Part shown: positions 36,048 through 44,612 of the stretch, piece by piece
How positions within the stretch are numbered: the first letter of the stretch is position 1
Layout of the letters: each line of letters opens with the position of its first letter
Source of the DNA: Vicinamibacteria bacterium
Lineage (GTDB): Bacteria > Acidobacteriota > Vicinamibacteria > Marinacidobacterales > SMYC01
DNA: 58,929 nucleotides
NCBI GenBank assembly: GCA_035620555.1
Contig: DASPGQ010000218.1
Location: 1-58,929, forward strand
Direction of reading: 5' to 3'
The notes under the pieces: model-generated
Seen by the model: the letters and a program-made list of their open reading frames with translations, nothing else
Database searches by the model: none
Told to the model about the DNA's origin: nothing
Made by a program: the position numbers and the translations under genes

Positions 36048-36691
36048 AAAGGCGGCGCTTCGCTCTCGGGAAGCCGACCAACCTCCCGCAGGATCGTCTC
36101 GATTTGCTCCGGAGTCAACTCCCGGCTGTTGGCTCGTATCGCGGCCTCGAACCCGCCGGCCTCGGTATTGCAATCGTCCTTCTCGATCTCCGAGGACACA
36201 CAGCGCGCATGGACCTGGATCGGCATGGTTCGATACTGATTTCCGAACTCGATCTCGCGGCCGAGCACGACGCGGAGGCTTCCCTTGTCCATGAGCTCGC
36301 CGCAGTTCTTGCACTTCGCCCGACCCGAAGGATCGACCTCTCCGTAGGGAATTCGCTTTCTCGCCTGTCGCTGCTCCTCCGCCTCTTCGCTCAGTTTGCG
36401 CATCGCCTCGATGGGCGGAACCTCTCCCGGAGGTTCCTTGGCGTTGTTCCACGCTTCGATCTCATAGGCCTCTTCGACGTCGTCGAGACGCCGCTTGGCA
36501 GCGCAGGTCAAATGGTGCCAGAGGTAGCCGACGCCGTACGGCCCCTCGATGAGGATACCGATTCGAAGTACGTCCTTGTCGATCTTCTTGCGGCAGGTCT
36601 TGCACTTGGAACGGCTCGAACGCGCCCCCTCGATCACATAAGGGGGCATGTTTTGTTGGGCTTCCGCGGGGGAAGGGATTTCATCGGGCAT
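36044..36691 (-). CDS. protein with two tandem PARP-type zinc fingers (predicted DNA-break/structure binding)
   Basis: Finger 1 is CKTCRKKIDKDVLRIGILIEGPYGVGYLWHHLTC, fitting C-[KR]-x-C-x3-I-x-K-x3-R...W-H-H-x2-C. Finger 2 is CKNCGELMDKGSLRV...IQVHARC (C-x2-C-x30-H-x2-C). An acidic linker separates them, and no catalytic domain is present. Its stop overlaps the HK stop (CTAA). Confidence 0.7.
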   Translation of the reverse strand: MPDEIPSPAEAQQNMPPYVIEGARSSRSKCKTCRKKIDKDVLRIGILIEGPYGVGYLWHHLTCAAKRRLDDVEEAYEIEAWNNAKEPPGEVPPIEAMRKLSEEAEEQRQARKRIPYGEVDPSGRAKCKNCGELMDKGSLRVVLGREIEFGNQYRTMPIQVHARCVSSEIEKDDCNTEAGGFEAAIRANSRELTPEQIETILREVGRLPESEAPPF

Positions 36692-36828
36692 GGCACCATC
36701 ATCTTAACGTGGTGCGATGGGCTGACGCGACTCCCGGCTGCCAGTGACGAATCTCACAGGGGGTGTCAGGCGCCTAGGACGTCGGACTATAAACCGTTTG
36801 TTCAGAATCTTTACGGACGCCGCACGAC

Positions 36829-36857
36829 TTGTGTCGCCCGCTGGCTTTCGCTAAAAT
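36829..36857 (+). promoter_or_regulatory. sigma70-like promoter candidate for the gldA-like operon
   Basis: TTGTGT (36829-36834), a 17-nt spacer, then TAAAAT (36852-36857), 58 nt upstream of ATG 36915. GGGAGG lies near the start codon. Confidence 0.4.
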
Positions 36858-36914
36858 CCGGCTCTCCGCGGAGCGGAGGGCGAAACTTTCGACCAGGGAG
36901 GTGCTCGAGTTCCC

Positions 36915-37679
36915 ATGACCAACGCGTCCCCAAGCGAACCGAGAACGATGATCGAGGCGCAGGGTCTGACGAAGTACTATGGGCCGTTTGTCGCGACGGA
37001 GAACATCTCGTTCTCCATCCCCGAAGGACAAATCGTGGCGTTTCTTGGGGCGAATGGTGCCGGAAAGACCACGACGATGAAGATGCTCACCGGCTACCTC
37101 GCCCCGTCCAGCGGCTCGGCCAGAATCGCGGGCCTCGACATCCATCGAGAGAGAATCGCTGCATCGAAGAAGCTGGGCTATCTTCCCGAGAACGGGCCAC
37201 TGTATCCCGACATGACGCCGCTCGAGCTTCTGGAGTTCTTCGCCGAAGCTCGTGAGCTTCCCCCGAAGGAAGCGAAAGAGCGCATCTTCGCGGTTCGCGA
37301 GCTCTGCACTCTCGGTCAAGTCATGGAAAAACCGATCGGAAAGCTTTCCCGGGGTCTTCGGCAGCGAGTGGGGCTCGCCCAGGCGTTGCTCCACGATCCC
37401 GACGTCCTCATCATGGATGAGCCCACCGCGGGGCTCGACCCGAACCAGATCCGGCAATTCCGGGAGAACATCAAGAAGCTCGGCCGGAGCAAGACGATCC
37501 TCATCTCGACTCACATACTCCAGGAAGTCGACGCCGTCGCCGACTACGTTCTCTTCGTTCACAACGGTCGCCTCGTTTTCGAGGGCCCGCCGAGCGAGCT
37601 TCGTGAGGACGGCTCTCTCGAGTCGAATTTCTACCGCCTGACTCGAGACAGCCAGGAGCTCCAGGAGGAGGTGCACTGA
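36915..37679 (+). CDS. ABC transporter ATP-binding protein (GldA-like, ABC-2 subfamily)
   Basis: Walker A GANGAGKTT, signature LSRGLRQRVGLA, Walker B VLIMDEPTAGLD. 254 aa. The stop overlaps the next start (TGATG). Confidence 0.9.
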   Translation: MTNASPSEPRTMIEAQGLTKYYGPFVATENISFSIPEGQIVAFLGANGAGKTTTMKMLTGYLAPSSGSARIAGLDIHRERIAASKKLGYLPENGPLYPDMTPLELLEFFAEARELPPKEAKERIFAVRELCTLGQVMEKPIGKLSRGLRQRVGLAQALLHDPDVLIMDEPTAGLDPNQIRQFRENIKKLGRSKTILISTHILQEVDAVADYVLFVHNGRLVFEGPPSELREDGSLESNFYRLTRDSQELQEEVH

Positions 37680-40429
37680 TGCTGAAGGAGATCAACTTCA
37701 ACATCGTACGCGCCATCGTGAAGCGGGACCTGAAGATGTACTTCAGCAACCCGACGGGCTACGTGTTCATCACGCTCTTCATCTTTCTCAGCGCGGCGGC
37801 CGCGTTCTGGCAGGATCGGTTCTTCCTGAACAACCTGGCGAATCTCGACCAGTTGAACAATGTCTTCCCCTACTTGCTCGTATTCTTCGTCGCCGCCCTG
37901 ACGATGTCCGTCTGGGCGGAGGAGAAGAAGCTCGGAACCGACGAGCTTCTTCTTACTCTGCCGGCGACCGATCTCGAGATCGTTCTGGGAAAATACCTGG
38001 CGGTCCTCGCCGTCTATACCGTGGCCCTCGTCCTCTCGCTGAGCCACGTGGTGGTGCTTCTCTTTCTGGGAAGCCCCGACATGGGGCTGATGTTCGCCAA
38101 CTACCTGGGTTTCTGGCTGGCCGGAGCTGCGCTCATTGCCGTCGGGATGCTCGCTTCTCAGCTGACCGCGAACGTGACCATCGCGTTCGTTCTGGGAGCG
38201 GTTTTCTGCGCCATCGGGGTGTTCGTCCAACCGATGGCCCGAATCGTGGGCGAGGGCCTGGCTCGGCTCCTGTCACCGCTAGGGGTATTCCCCCATTTCG
38301 AGGAGTTCGGGCAAGGGGTCATGAGCACCACCGGGCTCCTGTACTTCCTCGCGATCGGCGGGTTCTTTCTCTACCTCAATGTCCTCCTCGTCAACCGGCG
38401 CCATTGGCCGCGCGAGGCCGAAGGTTTGAGGATGACGACGCATCACCTCATCCGCGCCGTCTCCATCGCCGTCATCCTCGTCGCCGGAATTGCCATGTTA
38501 GGCAGGTTGGGGTGGAGGGTCGATGCGACCGCCGAGCGGCTTCATTCGCTGAGCCGGGAAACGAGGCAACTTCTCCACGAGCTCTCCGACGACCGGCCGG
38601 TGTTCGTGCAGGCGTACATCAGCCCCACCGTCCCCGAACCCTACGTACAGACGAGGGCGAACGTCATCGGACTGCTCAAAGAGATGGGGTCCGCTTCCGG
38701 CGGACGCGTCCAGGTCGCCGTCTACGATACCGAGCCCTTCAGCGACGAGGCTCGCGAGGCCCGGGAGAAGTTTGGTATCCAAGCGCGGGAGATTCCGAAC
38801 CTCGAAGGAGCGCGCGCTGGCTTCAGCGAAGTATTCCTCGGACTCGCATTCACCTGCGGGGCCGAGGAGCAGGTAATCCAGTTTTTCGACCGAGGGCTTC
38901 CGGCGGAATACGAGATCGCCCGGAGCATCCGCGTCGTCGCGAACACGGAACGCAAGCGCGTCGGCGTCGTCAATACCCAGCTGAGGCTGTTCGGCGGGCT
39001 CGATTTCAACACCATGCAATCGACCCCCGCCTGGTCGGTCGTCGACGAGCTCAAGAAACAGTACGAGGTCGTCCAAATCACTCCGAACACCGCCATCACC
39101 GAAGAGATCGACGGACTCCTCGTAGTGCTCCCGTCTTCGCTCGCCCAGGACGAGATGGACAACGTTCTCGAACTCATCAAAGAAGGAACCCCGGCGCTTC
39201 TGCTCGACGATCCTCTCCCCGTCGTCAACCTGGGCCTCGCGCCCTCGGAGCAGGCCGGCGCCAACATGAATCCTTTCATGCGCCAGGGCCAACCGCCTCC
39301 CGAGCCAAAGGGCGACATTCGTGGTTTTCTCGCAGAGCTGGGTTTCCGGTGGGACCCTTCGATGATCATCTGGGACAGCTACAACCCTCATCCCGACCTA
39401 GCGCACCTTCCTCCCGAGGTCGTCTTCCTCGGCCGGGGCAATCAGAACGAGAACGTCTTCAGCAAGAACCACCTGGCGAGCGCCGAGCTCGAACAGCTCG
39501 TGCTCCTGTACCCCGGACACGTCGAGTCAGCTTCGGCAGAAGGCTTGGTCTACCAGCCTCTGCTCGAAAGCGGCGCATTTTCCGGCCGGTTCCCCTACTT
39601 CCAGATGGTCCAGCGGAACTTTCTTGGTGCCTCATTGAATCGCAACCTGCCGCACCGCCCCGACCCGATGGTGTATACGGTCGCCGCCGAGATCAAGGGC
39701 CGTCCCGCGCCCGAAGGCAAAGCCACGAGCTCTCCCGAGACCGGCAATGGAGACGAAGCCAGTGAGGAGGCCGGGACCGAGGAAGCCACCAATCCGGAGA
39801 ACGGCTCGCTCCCCATCCACGTCATCTTCGTCGCCGACATCGACTTCATCTCCGAGCAGTTCTTCGAGATCCGGCGAATCGGACCGGGCAACTTGAACTT
39901 CGACAACGTCTCGTTCTTCCTCAACGCCATGGACACGCTCGTCGGCGACGACTCTTTCGTAGCTTTGAGGAACCGCCGAGTGCGACACCGCACGCTCGCC
40001 CGCGTCGAAGAGCAAACCCGCGAGTTCATCGAGCGCCGTACTCAGGAGGAAGCCGAAGCCGAGCGGCAGGCGGAAACAGCCCTTGCGGAAGCGCAGCGGC
40101 ATCTCGACGAGCGAGTCGCCGAAGTCCGTAACCGCGACGACCTCGACGAGCAGACGAAGCAGATCATGGCGCGCAACCTTCAAGAGGTCGAGAACCGCAA
40201 GTTCGAAGTCCTCAAGACCAACATCGAATCCGAGAAGGAGGCCAAGGTCCGCGCGAGCGAAGAGAGGATGCAGACACAGATCCGCCGCATCCAGAGCGGA
40301 ATCAGAACGGCGGCGGTACTTCTACCGCCGATTCCCATCTTCGTGATCGGCGTCTATATCTTTATTCAAAGGCAGAAGCGAGAACGTGAGGGGGCAGCCG
40401 CCGCTCGCCGTTTGAGGGAGGGAGCGTGA
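37679..40429 (+). CDS. fusion of an ABC-2 permease (GldF-like) with a GldG-like auxiliary domain
   Basis: Residues 1-240 hold about 6 TM helices (FITLFIFLSAAAAFW...LYFLAIGGFFLY). A further TM follows, then a ~600-aa soluble region typical of GldG-like proteins (PVFVQAYIS...YDTEPFS...LLVVLPS). The C-terminus has a coiled coil and a final TM (AAVLLPPIPIFVIGVYIFI). Confidence 0.7.
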   Translation: MLKEINFNIVRAIVKRDLKMYFSNPTGYVFITLFIFLSAAAAFWQDRFFLNNLANLDQLNNVFPYLLVFFVAALTMSVWAEEKKLGTDELLLTLPATDLEIVLGKYLAVLAVYTVALVLSLSHVVVLLFLGSPDMGLMFANYLGFWLAGAALIAVGMLASQLTANVTIAFVLGAVFCAIGVFVQPMARIVGEGLARLLSPLGVFPHFEEFGQGVMSTTGLLYFLAIGGFFLYLNVLLVNRRHWPREAEGLRMTTHHLIRAVSIAVILVAGIAMLGRLGWRVDATAERLHSLSRETRQLLHELSDDRPVFVQAYISPTVPEPYVQTRANVIGLLKEMGSASGGRVQVAVYDTEPFSDEAREAREKFGIQAREIPNLEGARAGFSEVFLGLAFTCGAEEQVIQFFDRGLPAEYEIARSIRVVANTERKRVGVVNTQLRLFGGLDFNTMQSTPAWSVVDELKKQYEVVQITPNTAITEEIDGLLVVLPSSLAQDEMDNVLELIKEGTPALLLDDPLPVVNLGLAPSEQAGANMNPFMRQGQPPPEPKGDIRGFLAELGFRWDPSMIIWDSYNPHPDLAHLPPEVVFLGRGNQNENVFSKNHLASAELEQLVLLYPGHVESASAEGLVYQPLLESGAFSGRFPYFQMVQRNFLGASLNRNLPHRPDPMVYTVAAEIKGRPAPEGKATSSPETGNGDEASEEAGTEEATNPENGSLPIHVIFVADIDFISEQFFEIRRIGPGNLNFDNVSFFLNAMDTLVGDDSFVALRNRRVRHRTLARVEEQTREFIERRTQEEAEAERQAETALAEAQRHLDERVAEVRNRDDLDEQTKQIMARNLQEVENRKFEVLKTNIESEKEAKVRASEERMQTQIRRIQSGIRTAAVLLPPIPIFVIGVYIFIQRQKREREGAAAARRLREGA

Positions 40430-41790
40430 TGGAAACGCGAAGTGAGCTGAAGTTGACGAAGTCTCTGGCGGGGGCCGCTATCCTTCTCGCCATCGTCACC
40501 ATCGTCACTGCGCCCCGCAACGTGACGCCCAGTGCTTTCGTCGACATCGGTGAGCCGTTCTTTCCGGGTTTCAACGATCCCAACGTCGCCACGACGCTCG
40601 AGGTCATCGAGTTCGACGAGGACACCGCCGCCGCCAAGCCCTTCAAAGTGACCAACCAGGGCGGGGTTTGGACCATCCCATCGCATCACGGCTACCCGGC
40701 GGACGGAAAGGATCGACTCGCTCAAACGGCGGCGGGTGTCATAACGATCGTGAAGGACGACTTCCGCTCCGACAACGTCGCGGATCACGAGGCCCTCGGA
40801 GTCATCGACCCCCTCGACGAGACGGCGACGAGTCTGAGAGGCCGCGGCAAGCGAGTCACCATCAAAGGAGCGAACGACGTGGTGCTCGCCGATCTCATCA
40901 TCGGAAAACAAGTGGAGGAGCGCGAGAAGTTTCACTTCGTTCGCGTTCCGGGGCAGAAGCGGGTCTATGCCGCCAACATCGACGTCGACATCTCCACCAA
41001 GTTCGAGGATTGGATCGAGAAGGACCTTCTCCAGGTCGAAAGGAGCAACATCGATCGCGTCGTTCTCGAAGATTACTCGATCGACGAACGAACGCTGATG
41101 GTCGACGTGAGAGACACGGTCGAGCTCGACAAGAGCGACGGGAATTGGAGCGCAAACCGGATGCCTGCCGACCAAGAGGTCGACACGACGAAGATGAACG
41201 ACCTGCTGCGCGAGGTCGACGAGCTCAAGATCGTCGGGGTCCGGCCCAAACCCGAGGGTATCGGAGAGAGGCTTTCGGACTTGACCATTTCCCGCACCGA
41301 CGTACTTTCGCTCCAGAGCCGCGGATATTACTTGACCCGCGCCGGCGATCTCATGTCGAACGAGGGTGAGCTGCGGGTCCGCACCAACGAGGGAGTGCTC
41401 TATACGCTTCGCTTCGGCGAGATCCTGTACGGGAGTGGAGAGGCCATCAGCGCGGGTGCGGAGACCACGGCGGACGAGTCGGGTGGCCCAGGGGAGAATC
41501 GCTACCTGTTCATTTCCGCAGAGTTCGATTCCTCGGCTCTGCCCGAGCCCCAGCGGCCGGCCAACACCGCCTTCGAGGACAAGGAAGAGAGCGATTGGTC
41601 GGACGACGATAAGCGCAACAAAGAGCTCGCCGATGCCCACGAACAGTGGGAGGAGAAAACCAAGAACGGGCGAGAGAAGGCCGACACTCTGGCGAATCGG
41701 TTCGCCGATTGGTACTACGTCATCTCCTCGAGCAGCTTCGACAAGATTCACCTGAAGCGGAGCGATCTGCTCAAGAAGAAGGAGACCTGA
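40429..41790 (+). CDS. DUF4340-like protein (usual partner of GldG-like proteins)
   Basis: The start is ATG 40429 (TGATG overlap; GTG 40426 is also possible), with GGGAGGGAG upstream. It has an N-terminal TM (AAILLAIVTIVTA). The family call rests on position directly after a GldG-like gene and on size, from memory. Confidence 0.55.
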   Translation: METRSELKLTKSLAGAAILLAIVTIVTAPRNVTPSAFVDIGEPFFPGFNDPNVATTLEVIEFDEDTAAAKPFKVTNQGGVWTIPSHHGYPADGKDRLAQTAAGVITIVKDDFRSDNVADHEALGVIDPLDETATSLRGRGKRVTIKGANDVVLADLIIGKQVEEREKFHFVRVPGQKRVYAANIDVDISTKFEDWIEKDLLQVERSNIDRVVLEDYSIDERTLMVDVRDTVELDKSDGNWSANRMPADQEVDTTKMNDLLREVDELKIVGVRPKPEGIGERLSDLTISRTDVLSLQSRGYYLTRAGDLMSNEGELRVRTNEGVLYTLRFGEILYGSGEAISAGAETTADESGGPGENRYLFISAEFDSSALPEPQRPANTAFEDKEESDWSDDDKRNKELADAHEQWEEKTKNGREKADTLANRFADWYYVISSSSFDKIHLKRSDLLKKKET

Positions 41791-41858
41791 GCCTCGGGCC
41801 GAAGGCGGCTTGTCGTAGCGAATTTCGTCTTCACTCGCCATGGACGCCATGGCGGCAT

Positions 41859-42023
41859 CTTCTCCTCCTCTCCAACAAGGAGATCGCGAGCAAGCTGGCT
41901 ATCTCCGACAGGACGGTGAAGTTCCATGTGTCCAATCTTCTCACCAAGTTCGGTGTCGAGCGCCGTCAGCACTTGATCTCCCGATGCCTGCAGGTCCCGC
42001 CGGGAGGCCCGCCCACGTTTTGA
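41859..42023 (+). pseudogene. orphan LuxR/GerE-type HTH fragment (no receiver or ligand domain, no own start codon)
   Basis: The frame of ORF 41646-42023 reads ...LLLLSNKEIASKLAISDRTVKFHVSNLLTKFGVERRQHLI, the core of a GerE HTH. The first HTH helix and any N-terminal domain are missing. The only in-frame start lies inside the DUF4340 gene. Confidence 0.5.
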
Positions 42024-42077
42024 GCTTGGCGACCGCGGCCCCGCGGTCAGCTGGGTAACGACCCAGACGTTGAGTCG

Positions 42078-43442
42078 CTAGCGGCCAGGCACCTCGAAGG
42101 TCGCACGGAAGGACTCCTCGCGGCTCAGAATCCGGGGGGCTTGTTCAATGGCGCCGTCTCGCCAACTGTGAGCGCCGCGCCTCACGACGATCTCGACCCG
42201 ACCCATGAGCACGTGCGTTCCGGGCAGGAGGGAATCTTCCGTGCCAAGTTGTATTCTGCGGCCGGCGGCGGTCCCGGTTCCGTTGCCGTCATGAAAGAGA
42301 ACGATCTCGGCTTGTGGTCTGTCGGCCTCGAGCATCGCGACCGGTGAGCCGTCCAGAGACACGTCCCGAACGTACACCATGGCAAAGACCGGGATAGTGG
42401 GAATCCAGGTGCCGTCGAAGTCGCGAAGAGGACCACCCCGATGTTCTCCACGGAGCTCGAGGATCGCCGGGGGGTGGTACGCCGCGGCGAGCTCCAGGTG
42501 GAAGAACGCAGAGGCGTATTGCCGGAAGTCCGCCTCCGACAGCCGCCCTTGGTCATAGGCGACTTGAAGCAACCATCCATAGTGCCCACGCCAGTCGAGG
42601 GCGACGTCTGCCTGCCGCTCGAGGCCCCGTTCGATCAGAGACGCGAAGGCTGCGTCCGAGAGGCTCTCGGTCAGCGCGCGGCGCAAGAGCTCCTCCAATG
42701 CCGCATAGGAGGCGGCCGAATCGGCGCCGTCGGCGAGGCGGATGAGCTCATCCTCCGGCGTTCTCGCATCGTAGGTCGGTGCCGGCGGGGTCGCTTCCGC
42801 GTCGGCGGCCCGAGCTTCGGCGATGACTTCGGAGAGAGCACGGCGACCGGGAGGAGGTATGTCGCCGGCTGAGGCTACCTTGTCCGGGGACGCGGATTGC
42901 CAGATCCCAGTCCCGGCCGTCGCGGCTCGGCGTTCCGCTTGGGAGATGCGTGTCAAGAAAACATCCACCTGCTCTTCTCCCACCAGGCGATCTTCGGCTC
43001 GAAGAAGAGGCACCATGAGACTGGCCCGACAGTATCCTTTCTCGACGAGCTCGAGATTGAGGTGGGCCCGGTCGCCGATCACCCAGGCGTAGACGAAGGG
43101 GGCCGACTCGGACAACAAGGGGTAACTCTCGACGGGCACCACCACCGCGTGGGGATGTTCTTCGAGCCATGTGCGGATGAACTCCTCGATGCCGTCATCG
43201 AGCTCGGGCGAAGCGAGAAATGGAATGCCCAGGAAGCCCCTGCCCGCCAGCGAGTAAAGAGTGCCGTCTTCGCTCGTTCCCAACAGGCGCTGCCACTCGA
43301 TCTGTGAGGCCGGCACCTCGGCCGCCACTCGTTGGGAGCTCGTGCCTCCGGAGCCGCATCGGGAGACGAGACAGAACGCGAGTGCTACGAAGGTAGATCG
43401 ATTGCTGAGCCGTCTCGAAGGGCCGAGGAGTCTGGAAGGCAA
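42078..43442 (-). CDS. secreted/anchored hypothetical protein with an N-terminal SNase (thermonuclease)-like region
   Basis: N-terminal hydrophobic anchor STFVALAFCLVS. APFVYAWVIGDRAHLNLELVEKGYCRA and ISQAERRAATAGTGIWQS resemble the 'NxxLVxxGxA' and 'AExxAxxxxxGxW' ends of SNase domains. The ~270 C-terminal aa are unassigned. Confidence 0.4.
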   Translation of the reverse strand: MPSRLLGPSRRLSNRSTFVALAFCLVSRCGSGGTSSQRVAAEVPASQIEWQRLLGTSEDGTLYSLAGRGFLGIPFLASPELDDGIEEFIRTWLEEHPHAVVVPVESYPLLSESAPFVYAWVIGDRAHLNLELVEKGYCRASLMVPLLRAEDRLVGEEQVDVFLTRISQAERRAATAGTGIWQSASPDKVASAGDIPPPGRRALSEVIAEARAADAEATPPAPTYDARTPEDELIRLADGADSAASYAALEELLRRALTESLSDAAFASLIERGLERQADVALDWRGHYGWLLQVAYDQGRLSEADFRQYASAFFHLELAAAYHPPAILELRGEHRGGPLRDFDGTWIPTIPVFAMVYVRDVSLDGSPVAMLEADRPQAEIVLFHDGNGTGTAAGRRIQLGTEDSLLPGTHVLMGRVEIVVRRGAHSWRDGAIEQAPRILSREESFRATFEVPGR

Positions 43443-43759
43443 GTCCAGATCAATATATCAGGAGAGCACACCGCCGCGGGCAACCTCCTACCGTCCCGGG
43501 ACTCATGAGGTGTCCGGGGCTCGATGTCCCGGCGCCGTGTCCCGATCTATCGGAGCGAGAGGGAAGCTCTCGCCCTGAAGGAGCCGGGAAACGAGGGGGC
43601 TGCTCTCGATCTCGGAGACGGCTTCGCCTTCCTCCCGGCCATGAGCTCTATTCTTCCCCTCTACAAGTCCCGGCCGGCTCGCGGTCGTACAGGCGGTGGC
43701 CTCGCCCGATCCGACTCGGTCTCACTTCGACGCCCAGGACTACATGGAATCCGATGGCT

Positions 43760-43765
43760 TAGAAT
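43760..43765 (+). promoter_or_regulatory. -10-like TAGAAT box 6 nt upstream of ATG 43772 (possible leaderless transcript)
   Basis: TAGAATCCCGGGATG spans 43760-43774 and shares TAGAATCCC-N3-ATG with 9323-9337. Confidence 0.3.
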
Positions 43766-43771
43766 CCCGGG

Positions 43772-44383
43772 ATGGACGAGAAGACAAGCTCCAAGGAGCT
43801 GGTCTCTTATCTCACGCTGCGAAAGGTCGTGGGAGTCCTGGGAGTTCTGCTGCCGCTCCTCTGCCTCGGCTTCGGGCTGTACCACAGCCTCGAGGATTCG
43901 ATCAGCGACTACTACGGAACGAGCGTCCGGGACCTTTTCGTCGGCATCCTGTTCGCCATCGCTTGGTTCATGTTCACCTACAAAGGCTACGAGCGGAAGG
44001 ACGACCTCGCTGGAGATCTCGCCTGTTTCTTCGCTCTGGGGGTGGCGCTCTTTCCCACCACCAGCGCGAGGCTCTGGATTCGCACCGTTCACTTCGTCTG
44101 CGCCGCCGCCCTGCTGCTCGTCCTCTCGTACTTCTCGCTGAGGCTCTTCACCAAGACCGGAGGCTCGCCGACCCCCCAGAAGCTGCAGCGCAACAAGGTC
44201 TACCGTGTTTGCGGGTGGATCATGCTCGCCTGCATCGGGTCGATCCTATTTTACTACCTGTTTCTCGAGGAATCGGCCCTGGCCGCGCTCAAGCCGGTTT
44301 TCTGGCTGGAGTCGTTCGCCCTCTGGGCCTTCGGAGTCTCCTGGACCATCAAGGGAGAAATGCTGCTCCAGGACAAGCCGTGA
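43772..44383 (+). CDS. hypothetical integral membrane protein (5-6 TM)
   Basis: 203 aa with hydrophobic helices VVGVLGVLLPLLCLGFGL, LFVGILFAIAWFMF, LACFFALGVALF, VHFVCAAALLLVLSYF, VCGWIMLACIGSILFYYL and FWLESFALWAFGVSW. The motif SISDYYGT follows TM1. Confidence 0.6.
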   Translation: MDEKTSSKELVSYLTLRKVVGVLGVLLPLLCLGFGLYHSLEDSISDYYGTSVRDLFVGILFAIAWFMFTYKGYERKDDLAGDLACFFALGVALFPTTSARLWIRTVHFVCAAALLLVLSYFSLRLFTKTGGSPTPQKLQRNKVYRVCGWIMLACIGSILFYYLFLEESALAALKPVFWLESFALWAFGVSWTIKGEMLLQDKP

Positions 44384-44384
44384 C

Positions 44385-44612
44385 CGCTGGATTCGAAGAG
44401 GTGTATCGCGCCGCGATGGAAGGCGCCGACGATCAGATGGTAGTTGACGTCGATCATCCGGCCGATGAGCCGTTCCAGAAGCCTGTCGGCTGCGAGCTCG
44501 TCGTACGGCGAAGCCAGTGCTCCTCCCTCGGCTTCCGCGCCAGAGTCTCGAGAGACTTCAGATCTTCGAGAATCAGCGTGAGCTTGCGCGTCACCAGTTC
44601 CCGGTCGATCAC
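44385..44612 (-). pseudogene. frameshifted and 3'-truncated HepT/DUF86-type toxin remnant
   Basis: From GTG 44612 my translation reads VIDRELVTRKLTLILEDLKSLETLARKPREE. After a 1-nt frame change near 44520 it continues ALASPYDELAADRLLERLIGRMIDVNYHLI. Both halves match the DUF86 helical pattern. The RxxxxHxY region is absent because the reading frame runs into the convergent membrane-protein gene. Confidence 0.5.

Noticed and set aside
40366-41850. 494-aa minus-strand ORF across the DUF4340-like gene, and 459-aa minus ORF 54727-56106 across the kinase gene
   Set aside because: Same reasoning as above. The opposing frames contain the TM helix and kinase motifs, and these frames contain none.
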